From the NCBI GenBank assembly GCA_051294375.1, contig CM119264.1, forward strand, positions 4,179,392-4,243,391: a stretch of 64,000 nt of DNA, written 5' to 3'. The notes beneath the pieces were generated by a model. That model worked only from the letters and a program-made list of their open reading frames with translations, was not told the DNA's origin and made no database searches. Positions 1-13,175 of this stretch are shown here, piece after piece; positions within the stretch are counted from its first letter, which is position 1, and each line of letters opens with the position of its first letter. The stretch comes from Paraspadella gotoi. Taxonomy: Eukaryota; Animalia; Chaetognatha. Both the position numbers and the translations under genes were made by a program.

Positions 1-394
1 TCGCTTTTTCTTTGGATTTTGCTGTTTATAAAGACACCTCCATGCAATCTTTGTTGTTTCCTGTTGTTTATTTTTTTTTTCTATTACCAATTGAGCTTGC
101 TTTGGCTTGCCAGGGCCAAGACGTATATAATGCCGCGGCATGGTGGCGGCATCGGTTGAAACGTCGGTAGTAGTTGACCATACCGGAGGAACTCTGGAGC
201 TCCTTTCATGTTGTGGGCGGGTTGGTGACGCGTATCGCTTTAACCCTTCTGGGGAAGGGGCTTCGCCAGTGGCGTCGACCATAGTAGGCCTAAAAATTCT
301 CCAGTGATGGTTGGCCAGAAATCGCCATTTTCTTTGCGATTAATCACCAGTCCATTCTCGGCGAGGATAGAGTCGAACACTGTTGCCTTTCAGG
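1..394 (-). mobile_element. pol: Ty3/gypsy LTR retrotransposon pol fragment (RT C-terminus/connection region), frameshifted, truncated by gap
   Basis: The minus strand gives, in order across frameshifts, LAENGLVINR, EFLG, KPLPQK, VKAIR, KELQ, GMVNYYRRF (184->158), GKPK and LNW. This is the canonical gypsy RT-to-RNase H linker motif series. Confidence 0.9.
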
Positions 395-543
395 NNNNNN
401 NNNNNNNNNNNNNNNNNNNAAAGGAAATGCAGGAAAGGAAATGGGGTTAACCCTTTTTTTTGATCGAGACCGCGCATTTAAACAAAAATTTCAGAAATTA
501 ATGTCAACGACAAAATCAAAATCTATCGTGTTTAAACAAGAAA

Positions 544-586
<43 letters not shown>

Positions 587-1054
587 ATCATTTGTCCCGT
601 CGACGTTGTCATATTTTACATCCTACTTTTCATTGCTTCTCACATCGTAAATACTTACATCAAGGTATGACGCGAAAAAAATTAAACTTGTTCTGGACAA
701 AGAATAAATTAGGTCAAATTGATTATCGATCTGAAGAGAAAAGTTTCCCGATATGGTCATATTTTCGAGCTGTAAGTACCGATAAGATCTGGACCTGTAC
801 TAGTTTGGTACTAAATTTAATCGATGAAAATCATAACTGACCAAATGACCATCCCTCACCCTTTATCATAGTGACAACATTGCAGATTCTCGGCATTGGC
901 TTAAAAAGGAAAAAACGACAACGACAACAACAACCAATTCGAAACGGAGAACGGATTTCAATCACGTGATCGGCGAATGTCGAGAGATCATCGTGAGAAA
1001 GATTGTGATCTTCCGCGATTCACAAAAGATTTTCGTCGATCACTGTGGTGGTGG

Positions 1055-1112
<58 letters not shown>
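1055..1112. repeat. (GAT)n microsatellite
   Basis: Perfect TGA/GAT run. Confidence 0.98.
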
Positions 1113-2167
1113 AATCAGCAGAGTATTTCCACAATTTTGACAAGAATCAGAAAGGAAAGAAATGAAAAGTGAAAAGTGAAAAGTCGCGTGACCACATGGA
1201 TGAATATCACGCGGTCTCGTAAGATGGTCACGTGACCAGAGGGCGTGTAATCCACACGCAGCCTTCATCGATTCTCGATGCTTTCGAGTCGGCGTCGGAC
1301 GTCAGAGTTAAGAAGATGACAAAAGGCGACGACAATGAGGACGACGACGACGACGACGACGACGACGAAAACGACGAAGATAACGACGAGAAAACGGAAG
1401 ACGAGATGCGGAAGAAGAAACGAAAAAAGATAACGAAATGACGGATTGACCTCCTGGTGAGAGATATCATAAAAATTTGACGAACAAATGTCGAGAATAA
1501 AAATGAATGACCATTTTTATTGTTTCGTTGTTTCAGTCATTTGACTATTGCATAATTTTTAAATTGAATGTATGCTTAAATTCCCTTTTATTTCTATTTA
1601 AATGTTACAATTTTAATTTCTGAGAGAACTTAGGAGTATGTTTTGATCCTAAGACCTATCTACAGTTTTTAATAATCGTAGGAAAACATTCATCTCAAAG
1701 ATTTATACAATGAAAAATTATGTTCTTCAGAAACTTGTTCCGTTTTTTAAGAACAATTCTTAATTTTTAACGCATTAATTTTATTTAATTAATTTTTTTT
1801 CCTCTATTTTATTATGTTTTCGTTCGCTCACACTTAGTCTATGCTTGTTTGTTGATGATGATTGTACTGAATCAACCTTGTTTTATTCGAATAAGATCGC
1901 AAGAGTGGGGCTAGCAATTGAGTCCATTCCCATACTCACTCCCTTTTTCGATCCATTTTAATCCTCCCCCCCACGATCCCCGTCTCTAATTCCACGCAAT
2001 GTCCTTCGCGCTCCTCCACAACCACCGCCGCCGCCCCCGCCGCCGCCCCCGCCGCCGCCGCCTCCTGGCGCCCTCTTCATTTGCATTCCCTGATGACGGC
2101 GTCGCTTTAGCCTCGGGAGCGGAATTTCCGCCACCTTTCGATTCATTAGACCAGCGCTTTAACGCCC

Positions 2168-2558
2168 CATTCCCGAGATTAACTTAAATGTCAGACACTT
2201 ACACGACCCCTCACTCACTATTAGAAGCCCAATTCCTAAAATTAACTTGATCAACGGACACTTACTCGACCCCTCACTCACTATTAGAAGCCCAATTCTT
2301 AAAATGAACTTGAATGAAGGACACTTACACGACCCTTCGCCCTCTCTTAGAAGCCTAATTCCTAAAATTAACTTAATCGACAGACACACGAACCCTCATT
2401 CTCTCTTAGAAGCCAAATTCGTAAAATGAACTTGAATGAATGACACTTACACGACCCCTCGCTCTCTTAGAAGCCCAATTCCTAAAATGAACTTGATCAA
2501 CAGACACACGAACCCTCAGTCTCTCTTAGAAGCCCAATTCCTAAAATGAACTTGATCT
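2168..2558. repeat. ~61-bp tandem minisatellite, about 6 copies
   Basis: GAAGCC(C/T)AATTC-like anchor recurs at 2224, 2287, 2350, 2409, 2470 and 2529. Confidence 0.95.
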
Positions 2559-2931
2559 TGACCAGTTCCACAGCCTTTTGAGATGCCCAAATTATGGAAA
2601 TCGACCTAAATGCAGGGACCCTTTTTTCCTTTAAGGATGCCAAATTCCAAAGCTGTTTTAGATGACCAATTTCCCAAGAAGATTCTCAATTCAACCCTGG
2701 ACGTCTTCTCCTTTGCAACTGCAATTTCTCATTGCCTACTCCATTTGATTTGATGCCAGATCTCGATTGTTCAATTTCTTTCTCTCAAACCCTCCAACAT
2801 AGGGTTTCTGCTTCCCTTCGCCTCCCACAGTCCTTTCGCTCTCCCTCGTTTTTTTCTTTTTGCGCGCGTTAACGCCCATTTCCGAGATTAAATAAACCAC
2901 CACTGCTTCCACCGTCAACCTCGGCTTCCTC

Positions 2932-3085
2932 ATTGGCTAATCTCTGCCTTTCCCGTTACCACCATTGGCTTCTAATCATTGCTTTCCTCTCACTCTCATT
3001 GGCCGACTCTCCGAGCCAATCTCCTCAAACCAATCATATCGACTCTCCAATCAACCGGCCAATCCGCGTCCCTCCCATATTTATT
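2932..3085. promoter_or_regulatory. CCAAT-box (NF-Y-like) cluster, putative promoter
   Basis: ATTGG at 2932, 2964, 2998; CCAAT at 3016, 3030, 3047, 3059; ATATTTAT near 3077. Confidence 0.4.
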
Positions 3086-6000
3086 CCCCCAGTGGTCGAA
3101 TTGAATCACCAGAATCCCGATCGTAAAATAGGTCGACCTCTTCTACATCCAATCGCCCCCTTCCCATCCTTCCCGAATCCATTCTCACACGATCCTCCTC
3201 TCACTTTGACCCCGATCGACTTCAAAATCTTCACGATCGCAAATTTGGAAACCGTGAAACTTTTTCACAGTTCACCAATTCCCTACCTACGTATCTACTT
3301 ATCGCCTCTTTCTCCCCGGACTTATCCTTCAGCCGCCCCCCTCACCCCCAACACCTCTCATAAAAAGCAGCAATATCTTATCGAACACCCGAGGTCTATT
3401 CACCAGCCTCGGGTCCTCGAGCTCTCGGTTTCTCCCGCCACCCACCCTCAACTCCCATCCCCTACCCATTTCTCCTTCTCTTTAGCATGCTTACAATGCT
3501 CCGATCTCATTTCTCTCTCTCCTTTCTCCCTTTTTCCATCAATTCGATGCTCAACAGGCGTCCTTGCCGAAAGCTCATCCTCGCTCTTTCTCTCCTCTCT
3601 CTCCTCTCTCTCTCTCTCTCNNNNNNNNNNNNNNNNNNNNNNNNNNNNNNNNNNNNNNNNNNNNNNNNNNNNNNNNNNNNNNNNNNNNNNNNNNNNNNNN
3701 NNNNNNNNNNNNNNNNNNNNNNNNNNNNNNNNNNNNNNNNNNNNNNNNNNNNNNNNNNNNNNNNNNNNNNNNNNNNNNNNNNNNNNNNNNNNNNNNNNNN
3801 NNNNNNNNNNNNNNNNNNNNNNNNNNNNNNNNNNNNNNNNNNNNNNNNNNNNNNNNNNNNNNNNNNNNNNNTCATTCCCCTCATTAAGAACTTACTCGCG
3901 ACTGCTTCTCGTTTCTCTCTCGACTCCCGACGACGCAGCCCCGCCTGCCGCTGCCGCTGTTCAGCCGCGGCCGCTGCCGTGGCGTTTCGCTGCTGCTCCG
4001 GCGAAGCCGTCTCTCGGTCTCTCTTTACATGCGGGCGTCTTTTTTAGACTGAGAGGGTTTTTTTTCCTTTCTTTTTTTCTAGAGCGGCCAGTTTGAGCTT
4101 TCGAAAGATTTCCGTCCTGGGGTTCCTTTTACAATAAAGGGAGGGATGTATGGGGCGTGGAGGTGGGCGCGCCGTTCGCCGGAAGTTGACGTCGTCGTGT
4201 TTAAGCGCGCATCCCTAACGCTCGTCGTCCGCTCGGCCGATGACCGTGAAGGCGACGATGAAAACGACGATGACAAAGAAAGAGAAAAAAAAATCCGAGG
4301 CGTTTTGTCTCACTCTCGCTCTCTTCTCTGTGTTTTTGGCGCGTGCGAGACAGAGAGAGAGCGTGAAAGGGTTTTAGAGAGATAGAGAGACGAGAGAGAG
4401 AGAGTTGGAGCAGAAGGGGTTTTTTTTTTTGTTCGACGAGGGGTCAAAGTTCATGCAAACGTTACTGGAGCGAAGAGAATGAGCGGAATGGAACGACGAT
4501 TCGGAGGCTGAAAGGAAAATGGGAGGAAAGGGTTAGGGAGGAAAAATGAGGAAAAAGGAGGAAAGGAAAGAAAAAGGAAAGGAAGGGAAGTGGTTTTCTT
4601 TTTTNNNNNNNNNNNNNNNNNNNNNNNNNNNNNNNNNNNNNNNNNNNNNNNNNNNNNNNNNNNNNNNNNNNNNNNNNNNNNNNNNNNNNNNNNNNNNNNN
4701 NNNNNNNNNNNNNNNNNNNNNNNNNNNNNNNNNNNNNNNNNNNNNNNNNNNNNNNNGAATTAAAACGAATCCGTCGATTACGTGAAAGCGAATGTCACGT
4801 GTTTGAAAGTCATCAACGACGCTGATGACAAAAATGACGATGACGACGATGATGATGATGACGACGACGAAGACGAAAAATGAAGATGAAAACGACGATA
4901 AAAATGAGGATTAAGACGAGGAAATCGCAGTCGGAAAAAGAAATTAATTTCGCGAGAAAGTTTTTTATATTTAGTTTATGTTTTCTTCCGTTTTTTGGGG
5001 GAGAGGGTATGTTATATTTACATATTTTACTTGAAGTTTTTTTTTAGTTTTTAAATCCAGCGATCATAAATACTTCATGACGATGAAAATAAGAGTAAGC
5101 AATAAAGAAAAGACAGACGACATTAAACAGAAAGAGAAAACACACTGAATGGAATCCCAAGTAAAAAGAAACAAAAAGGAAAGAAAAGAAATCGAAAAGA
5201 AAAAGAAAAAAAANNNNNNNNNNNNNNNNNNNNNNNNNNNNNNNNNNNNNNNNNNNNNNNNNNNNNNNNNNNNNNNNNNNNNNNNNNNNNNNNNNNNNNN
5301 NNNNNNNNNNNNNNNNNNNNNNGAGAGAGAGAAAAGGTTGATTGAAAATGTTAAGGAGCAAGGGAAGAGCCTCTCATTCGGATTAAGAAACGAATGTCCT
5401 GAAGAGAGGATCTCAATTGAACCAAGCGAAAGGGTTGAAGGGAAACAGAAATGGGGAACAGAATTTAAATCAAAAATATTTTTTTCGGCAAAATATCTAT
5501 GGCCACAGGAAAGTTTGAAAAGATAAAAATGTGAATTAACGTCAGAGAAAAAAAATTTTGATCGAACGATTAGTTGGTCATAAGACTTTGGCTTCGTTGT
5601 CCTCATAAAAAAGTTGAGGAGACATTTGCTTTTTGACCGGAGAAAACGAACGAGTCATGAGGAAAAGGATTGACTAAAAACCGGGAAGAAAAAAATCAGA
5701 TACGCGTCGGACATTTAATACAAGGTTTTATTTTAAAAAACGGAAGCGAGCAGAAGCGGAGAGAAGAGTTCAGAAGCGAAATTGAAAGAAGCGGTAAAAA
5801 AAAACCCGCACCGAGAAGAAGGGAAGCGAAAGGGAAGCGAAAGGGAAGCGAAAGNNNNNNNNNNNNNNNNNNNNNNNNNNNNNNNNNNNNNNNNNNNNNN
5901 NNNNNNNNNNNNNNNNNNNNNNNNNNNNNNNNNNNNNNNNNNNNNNNNNNNNNNNNNNNNNNNNNNNNNNNNNNNNNNNNNNNNNNNNNNNNNNNNNNNN

Positions 6001-6992
6001 NNNNNNNNNNNNNNNNNNNNNNNNNNNNNNNNNNNNNNNNNNNNNNNNNNNNNNNNNNNNNNNNNNNNNNNNNNNNNNNNNNNNNNNNNNNNNNNNNNNN
6101 NNNNNNNNNNNNNNNNNNNNNNNNNNNNNNNNNNNNNNNNNNNNNNNNNNNNNNNNNNNNNNNNNNNNNNNNNNNNNNNNNNNNNNNNNNNNNNNNNNNN
6201 NNTTTTTTTTTGTCCCTCGTTTGGATTTAGAAAATTCTGAGGACGACGCCGCAGCGGCAGCCGTCGCTGCAGGATTCCGCCGCCGCAACGATTCACGTCG
6301 CAGCAGCTGTCGAAATTAAGTCGCCGTCAACGACGACGACGACGACGACGACGACGACCGTGACGAAGATTATGAAGAAGACGATGATGACGACGACGTC
6401 GTCAGAGATGACGAGGACAAGGAGGACGACGACGAAGAAGAAGAAGAAGAAGACGACGACGAAGAAGAAGAAGAAGAAGACGACGACGACGAAGAAGCCG
6501 AGGGTCAGCGGTTAAGTTTATGCATTGATTCGTCTTCGCCGTCGGTTATTCTTTCCACGACGACGACGACGACGACGACGGAGATCTTTTATGGACTTTT
6601 TCTTCTCCCTATTTTAATAAAAAAAAAAATTGTTTTTTGATTATTATGATAATTTGATTTTTTTAAACTAAAATTAAAGAATACCACGAAACTGTCAACT
6701 CAGCGGGGTGGATCCCAATTCTATAACATGTAAATGAGATGAAAGAAGCATAGTTTATTTAATATTATTTAGGCACGTACGAACAATGCTAATTGAAAAA
6801 AAAAAGAAAGAAAATTGAAAATGTCAGCCGTCGACGATTGATGACATTTGAAGTCGATTTGTCAGCAAAAAATGAAGGCGAAAATTAATATTCAGTTTGT
6901 TATGAAATGACTACGAACACCGAATAAATAGTCGTGAAGGTTCCTCCTTTTTTAAATTAGGCCTCTAACCATTAGACCTGCATCGCATTAAC

Positions 6993-7026
<34 letters not shown>

Positions 7027-7534
7027 NNNNNNNNNNNNNNNNNNNNNNNNNTCTCTCTCTCTCGTCTCTCTCTCTATCTCTCTCTCTCTGCTCTTTCTCT
7101 CCTCTCTCTGACTCTGCCGCACACTTTTTTACTGCCCTTGCTTTCAAAACGTCGTCGTTTTTCTTCTTTTTATTCACTTATTTTTTACCTCCTCCTCACT
7201 TTTTTTATCTTTCTCTTTCCATTCTCTACCTTTGGCTAACCTCGCGCTTTTCTCTCCCTGTCTATGTTTCTCTTTTCTGTTTAGGTCCCTCTCTCCTCTC
7301 CTCCTCGCTTCTCTCTCTCTCTCCTCTCTCAGTCTTCTCATCATCTCTCTCTCCCATCTCGTCGTCCGCTCTTCTCTCTCTCTCATTCACGATCTTCCAT
7401 GGTGGCTTTACTTTCTCGTCTCTCTCAGTCTCTGTCTCTGAGCCACAGAATGAATAATAAGCAAGCAAGAGCGTTTTGCAGGCATCAAAAAACCGGATTA
7501 GAGAACAGACAGAGGCGAGTACGGAAGAGAGAGA

Positions 7535-7584
<50 letters not shown>

Positions 7585-7987
7585 GAAAAAAAGAGAGAAA
7601 ACTTTAGCGAATAATTTGCGGTCACCCCCTGACCCTAATTTCCATTCCACTCTCTTCGGGCATATTTTCAACTCTGGAACATCCTCTCCTCTTTTTTCTT
7701 TTCTTTTTTCCTCCCTTTCCTTTTTTTTCCTCCTTTTCCTCCTCTTCGTTTTTCTTTCGGTTTCAGACTTCTTTTTTTTGTTTCCTCCCTCCGTTTTTCT
7801 TTCTTTTTTCGCCTTTTTCTTTCCTTTTCTTCCATTTCTTTTCTTTTTCCTCTCTTTCCTCCTCGGTTTTTTTTTCTCCTATTTTTCTCCCAGTGTCTTC
7901 CTCTCATTTTCATCTCTCCCTCTTCCTCTCTCCTCTCTCTCTCTCCCTCTCACCCCCACCCGAACTAAAACGTTTGCATTTTTTCAT

Positions 7988-8025
7988 GTTTCCATGGAGA
8001 CGCGAAGGCGCGTTGCTACGGTGAC
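7988..8025. promoter_or_regulatory. Paired RFX X-box motifs
   Basis: GTTTCCATGGAGAC (7988-8001) and GTTGCTACGGTGAC (8012-8025), both resembling the 14-bp X-box palindrome (GTTGCCATGGCAAC type). Confidence 0.55.
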
Positions 8026-8564
8026 CGAAAGTCTCGTTAAAAATGTGTTGATGGAACTTATGCGGTTGTTGCTCTCCTGGCGAGAAAAAAAAAGAACCCA
8101 GAGAGGGCGATATTCGTCTCTCGGCTCCACTCCGGCTTTATTTCCTCCTCTTAGCAATTCGCCTCAGTTGCCTCTCCGTTTAAGCTTCAACTGCCCAGTG
8201 CCCACTTCAAATTGATGTCCCTTCGCATTGGCAGAATTATTTGTATTTTTAACACAATACAACCCAATCAGTCAAGATCGGCATTCTGAGTCTCGTTTTA
8301 TTTCCATGCCTTCGTTTAAGAGACTTAACCGGCTTCTTTAACTTTCTCTTCTTAACTGCACTCTTTCAAAAAATTCTTACCAACCGACTCAAAATTTGGG
8401 CCCTATCTGCCCCACTTCCCTGTACAACAAGTCCAGCAAAATATTTAAGCCTCCCTCTGGAATTTGACCGACAACCGTCTCCCCTCAAAACAAGCAGAGT
8501 AAAAAAAAAGGGACCATCTACTTAATAGATCTCTTGGTCTAGGGTTCGAGGTGGCTGACGGTTA

Positions 8565-8605
<41 letters not shown>

Positions 8606-8975
8606 TCCTCTTTAGCTTACGATCTCTTTCTCTCTTCCTCCCCCTCTCCCTCTCTCTTTCTCTCCCTCTCCCCCTATCTCCAGTCCTTCCTTTTTTTTTT
8701 GGTTAACGCGAAGGTAAAACGCGCGTGGGGTGATTTAAGAAGATCTTAATGAGGAAAGTAAATCAGGGAGAAATTGATGGACTGAATTTAATCGATTTCC
8801 GCGCCATTCTCAGAAACAACAACGAGGAGGAAGAGGAGGAAGAGGAGGAAGAGGAAGAGGAAGAAGAGGACGATATATAGTTAAGAAAAAACTGAAATAG
8901 TATTCGATAATGTTAAAGAATTCAAATTAAGAAAGCCAGGTGCTAAAGTGAGTTGAAAAACTAGTCTTAGAGTAA

Positions 8976-9072
8976 TGATTGAAAGCTTGCAGAGTCATAT
9001 TTTGAGTATTGATTGAAAGCTTGCAGAGTCATATTTTGAGTATTGATTGAAAGCTTGCAGAGTCATACTTTG
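8976..9072. repeat. 34-bp tandem repeat, about 3 copies
   Basis: GATTGAAAGCTTGCAGAGTCATA at 8977, 9011, 9045. Confidence 0.97.
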
Positions 9073-9974
9073 TTATTATCTTGCAAGATTGATAGAGGCC
9101 ATAACACATCGTAGCCTGTTTAAAGTCAGGGGACCAGATATAACTTGTTTATTAAATGATTGAATAATTTTCATATTAAAGTTAGGACAACAAAAACGAT
9201 GAATGTACAAAGTGAGGGCAATTTGGTCGACGACGAGGATGGGAATGATGACAACGACGACAACGAAGACGACGACATCGACGAGGACGACGACAACGAA
9301 AACGACGACAACGACGACGACGTCGACGACCCTGACTGGCTCTCTAAGTGAGAAAGAGTTCAATGGTGGTCGAAGCATTAGCAGAATTCTAAAAGGAGGT
9401 GGGAGGGTTTTTGAGTGATGGCCGGAAGGGGGCGTGGAGGCCAAGCGTGGGTGGGCGTGGGCAAGGGGGTGGCGAGATGGGGAAAGGCGTGGGGAAAGGC
9501 GTGGTCTTTGCTTTGTTTGGGATCCTCGTTGTTCCACTTGAAGAGAGATGAGGAGAGGAAAAAGAGAGGAGATTTTCATGGCATCGATTCTTCTCTCTCT
9601 CTCTCTCTCTCTCTNNNNNNNNNNNNNNNNNNNNNNNNNAGCGAAGAGAGAGAGTTAGAAAATCAAGAATTGAAAAGAAACAAGCAGTTTTGATGACCAA
9701 GATTACAATTCGATACACGCACGAATGCAGAGAGGACGTAGGAGGTAGGGAGTAAGAGAGACGAGAGAGAGATAGGGTAGAGAGAGAGAGAGAAAGAGAG
9801 AGATGACTACGAATGAGTACAAAGGATTTCCGACTATTTTATCATCTCGAATCGTCTTATTTCTTTTTCATTCTCCGAAATATCGTACAAACCGATTTCC
9901 AGTTTCGCTCCATTCCCTGTTTTTTTTTTTCTTTTGATTCCTTTTCCGGGCGTTTTGTTTTCCTCTAGTTTTTT

Positions 9975-10095
9975 TGATGGATTTTTTTTGTTTTAGTCAT
10001 TCCATTTTCCGCATATCTTATTCCCTTTATAGACCCATTACTTTGCATAAAATACTTGTCGTACTTTACGCCATATTTCTGGTTAGGATTGCCCA

Positions 10096-10131
<36 letters not shown>

Positions 10132-13123
10132 CGATGATGATTCGTATTCCTCTCGATTCGATTTCTCTCTCGTCATTCGAATTCTCTCTCTCTACATCTT
10201 CTCCTATATAGTCAGTCATCAGTATCTCTCCAATTTTCGCTCATTTAGATACCCTGGTATCAATTTATGATTTTAGGAATGACAAGAATCAGTAAAGGAA
10301 AAGAAAATAAAGCATGGAAGATGTAATTATGTTTTACATTATTTTTTGGACACACACGCTTAATGAATTAAAAGGGAAAATACTCACGGAGGGCAGGTAA
10401 GTGAAAAACGCAATTTCACAGCATGTTGCATGACTAAAGGACTAGTAGTTCTTAGGCGTTTTTCGCGATATTCGGCGGTGAAGTAAAACTGATTTTCAGT
10501 TACACTCTGACTTTTGTTTGAAGTTTTTACACTAGGTTTAAGGCGTGATAATTTATAAACACATGGTTTTTTATTCACGCTGGGTTCAGTCTCTTAATTC
10601 AATAACACACTGCACTTCTCGATGCTGGACAAATTTCATCAATCAGAGATCGCCGGACGTCGGAAGACCTCCTACACTTCATCGGGAGTCAGTTAACGGG
10701 TCAGCAATGTTATTCGACACGAACACCATGTTTGGATTTGCACCGCTGCGTACCGCTTCCTTCTTTCACCACATTCTGTAGTGAACATTCAGTCATAGCG
10801 ATCACTGACGGACACGATACCATGACGAAAACGCATATCTGAAGTATTGTACATTACAATACATGACGAGACATAACTAATACGGACAATATAGTATGCA
10901 TGGCGGAAGCAGAAGGAAACTGAAGTATAAAAGCAAGACGTAAACAGATGATCGTTGATCTGTCTGAGCGCTCTGTCTTTGCGTCGCTCTTCTGTGCGTG
11001 GACGTCGTCGTCTCAGCACGCATCCTTCGAACAAATCTTCGTCGACGGACATTAATCCAAAGTCGTCCGCAGTATATCTTACGTCGTCTTACGACAATAT
11101 TGAATCGTCGTCTTGCTACCAGTCGTCTTCGTTCATTCTGTTTTCTGGTCGGTCTGTTTCAGTCTGTTCTTCCGCATCTTTGACCTCTATGTCGTTTCGT
11201 GCGCGGTACTTTACATTCGTCTCGTCTGGTCTTCTGTCGGTTTGTCAATCTTCGAAAGTTGACATCTTTCGATTCGTGCTTTCGTGCCTTCGTACAGATC
11301 TTCCGTTCGTCTTCGTTCCGTATTCTCTGTCGTTCGTATCGGTTCTCCGTCTTACTTTCGTATTACATGTCTTCACAGTCGTCTTCGTAGTCTTCTCTAC
11401 GTAATTCCGGTCTCACGGAGTGTTCAGTTCATACTGTCGTTCTTTCGACGTCTTTGCTGCGGTCTTTTCAGGTCAGTCTTGTCTGTTTCGTTCGACTTTC
11501 CGTCGTCTTCGTCGGTATCTCGACAGGTTCTTTCGTACTCTTTCCTATCCGCTACTTATTTACGGTCTTCGTCGATCTTTGCTCTGTTTCAATCTACATG
11601 TCCTTGTTCGTCGTCTCGGCGGTCTTCTCGTCTTCGTCGTCTTCGTCGGGTCTTCGTCGTTTCGTCTCTTCCGGTCAGGGTCGGTAATTCGGATCGGAGT
11701 TCATTCCTCGGATAACGGTATCTTTATTCGGTACACGGATCTTCGAAAATTCGTCATTCGGGTTATGTTCTCTTTCTTTTCCGGTTCCATGCTTTCGGTC
11801 GTCTTCGTCGGAAATCTTGTTCCTTTCTTCCTGTCGGTCTTTCTCGCGTGTTTAACAGTAATTCCAAGTGTTCTTCCGGTCGGGGGAACTCGCTGGGGTT
11901 TTAACTGGCTATCGTAATTTTTTACTGGGGTGCTAAGTCACTAATTTTTTCTTATTATACCAACATACACTAATTCATTTTTTATTCATGGGTTTTTCTT
12001 TCGTCGTTCGGGCTCAGAGGCGCTTGACTGCTGCGTTTAGGGCCCCCTCAACAATTGTTAGTTTAGGAGAATTCACCCGGGATCGGTTTGAGGCCGCGTC
12101 GTTTCGGGCCCCCGCCGGTCTTCTGTGAGAGCTTATAGAGCTCGACTAGAGTTATAGGAGATCCGGAATCGGTCATCTTGGTTACTATGAGCAGTCTCAT
12201 ACACAGTGCGAGTGCGAGGGAAGGGAGACCAGGGCCGGGCCAAATTCGGGGAAGAAGGGAAGAAGAGAGGAAGAGGAGATTTAGGAGAGAAACCCTGGAG
12301 AGATAATCTCTTTGTTTCTTTGCCGGATGAGTTGTGGAGGGGAATAGGGGGGAGAGAGAGAGAGAGAGAAGAGGGACGAGAGAGAGAGAGAGAAGTAGAG
12401 AGAGAGAGAACGAGAGGAGAGAGAGAGAGATTCTCTCTCTCCCTTCCCCCTCCACAACTCTCCGCAAGACAGAGTTTATCTCTCCCAGGGTTTCTCTCTA
12501 TCTCCTCTCCTCTCTTCTCCTTCTTCCCGATTGGCCGGCGGTCTCCTTCTTCTCGACCTCTGATTGGCCGGTTTTCGAGTCACAGACGCCGACGACGAAA
12601 CCGACGGGAATTCTCAACAAAATTCGTGGGCGCCTAAAAAACGCCACGCAGTCAGCGCCTCTGACGAGAAAACCCGATGATTTTTTTTTTTTTAGGCGAA
12701 CGGCGACGACGAAGACGACGAAGACGACGAAAATGAGCGACGAACAATCGCCTTGAATAATGAATGATGAATGATGAATGAATAGAGGAAAGAAGGAAGG
12801 AGAGAGTGACAAATCACAAGTGTTCTGTGAAAAATGTGACGACTGCCGATGAAGTGAGGCGACTGTGGTTGTTGATGAAATTGTAAGGATGTGTTTTAAA
12901 TTAAAATTGAAACAAGAAAAAAACATTTTAAAATCGAAAATCATTAAATAAAAAAAACAAGTGTATGAAAAGTTTTATCACCATTCTGGAAAACAAAACT
13001 ACTTGCTTTAGGAATTGCTAGGAATTCTTTTAATACTTTTCGTATTTTCCTAATTTAGGCAAAATATGTAAAAATGAAATCTCATGCTTTTGTACCTATC
13101 ATAAAACAGTATCTAATGGCGAA

Positions 13124-13175
<52 letters not shown>

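Noticed and set aside
2933-4096. 387-aa ORF with a signal-peptide-like start
   Set aside because: Starts at TTG, spans a 251-N gap and a CT tract, is pyrimidine-biased, and has no recognisable domain.
8806-8840. AACAACAACGAGGAGGA resembling the SMRTbell adapter loop
   Set aside because: Partial match that runs into a GAG/GAA microsatellite; flanks are not mutually inverted.
10955-11917. Stacked long ORFs suggesting a gag or low-complexity gene
   Set aside because: A-poor degenerate GTC/TTC sequence is open in all plus frames; it is explained as an expanded mirror of 12705-12732.
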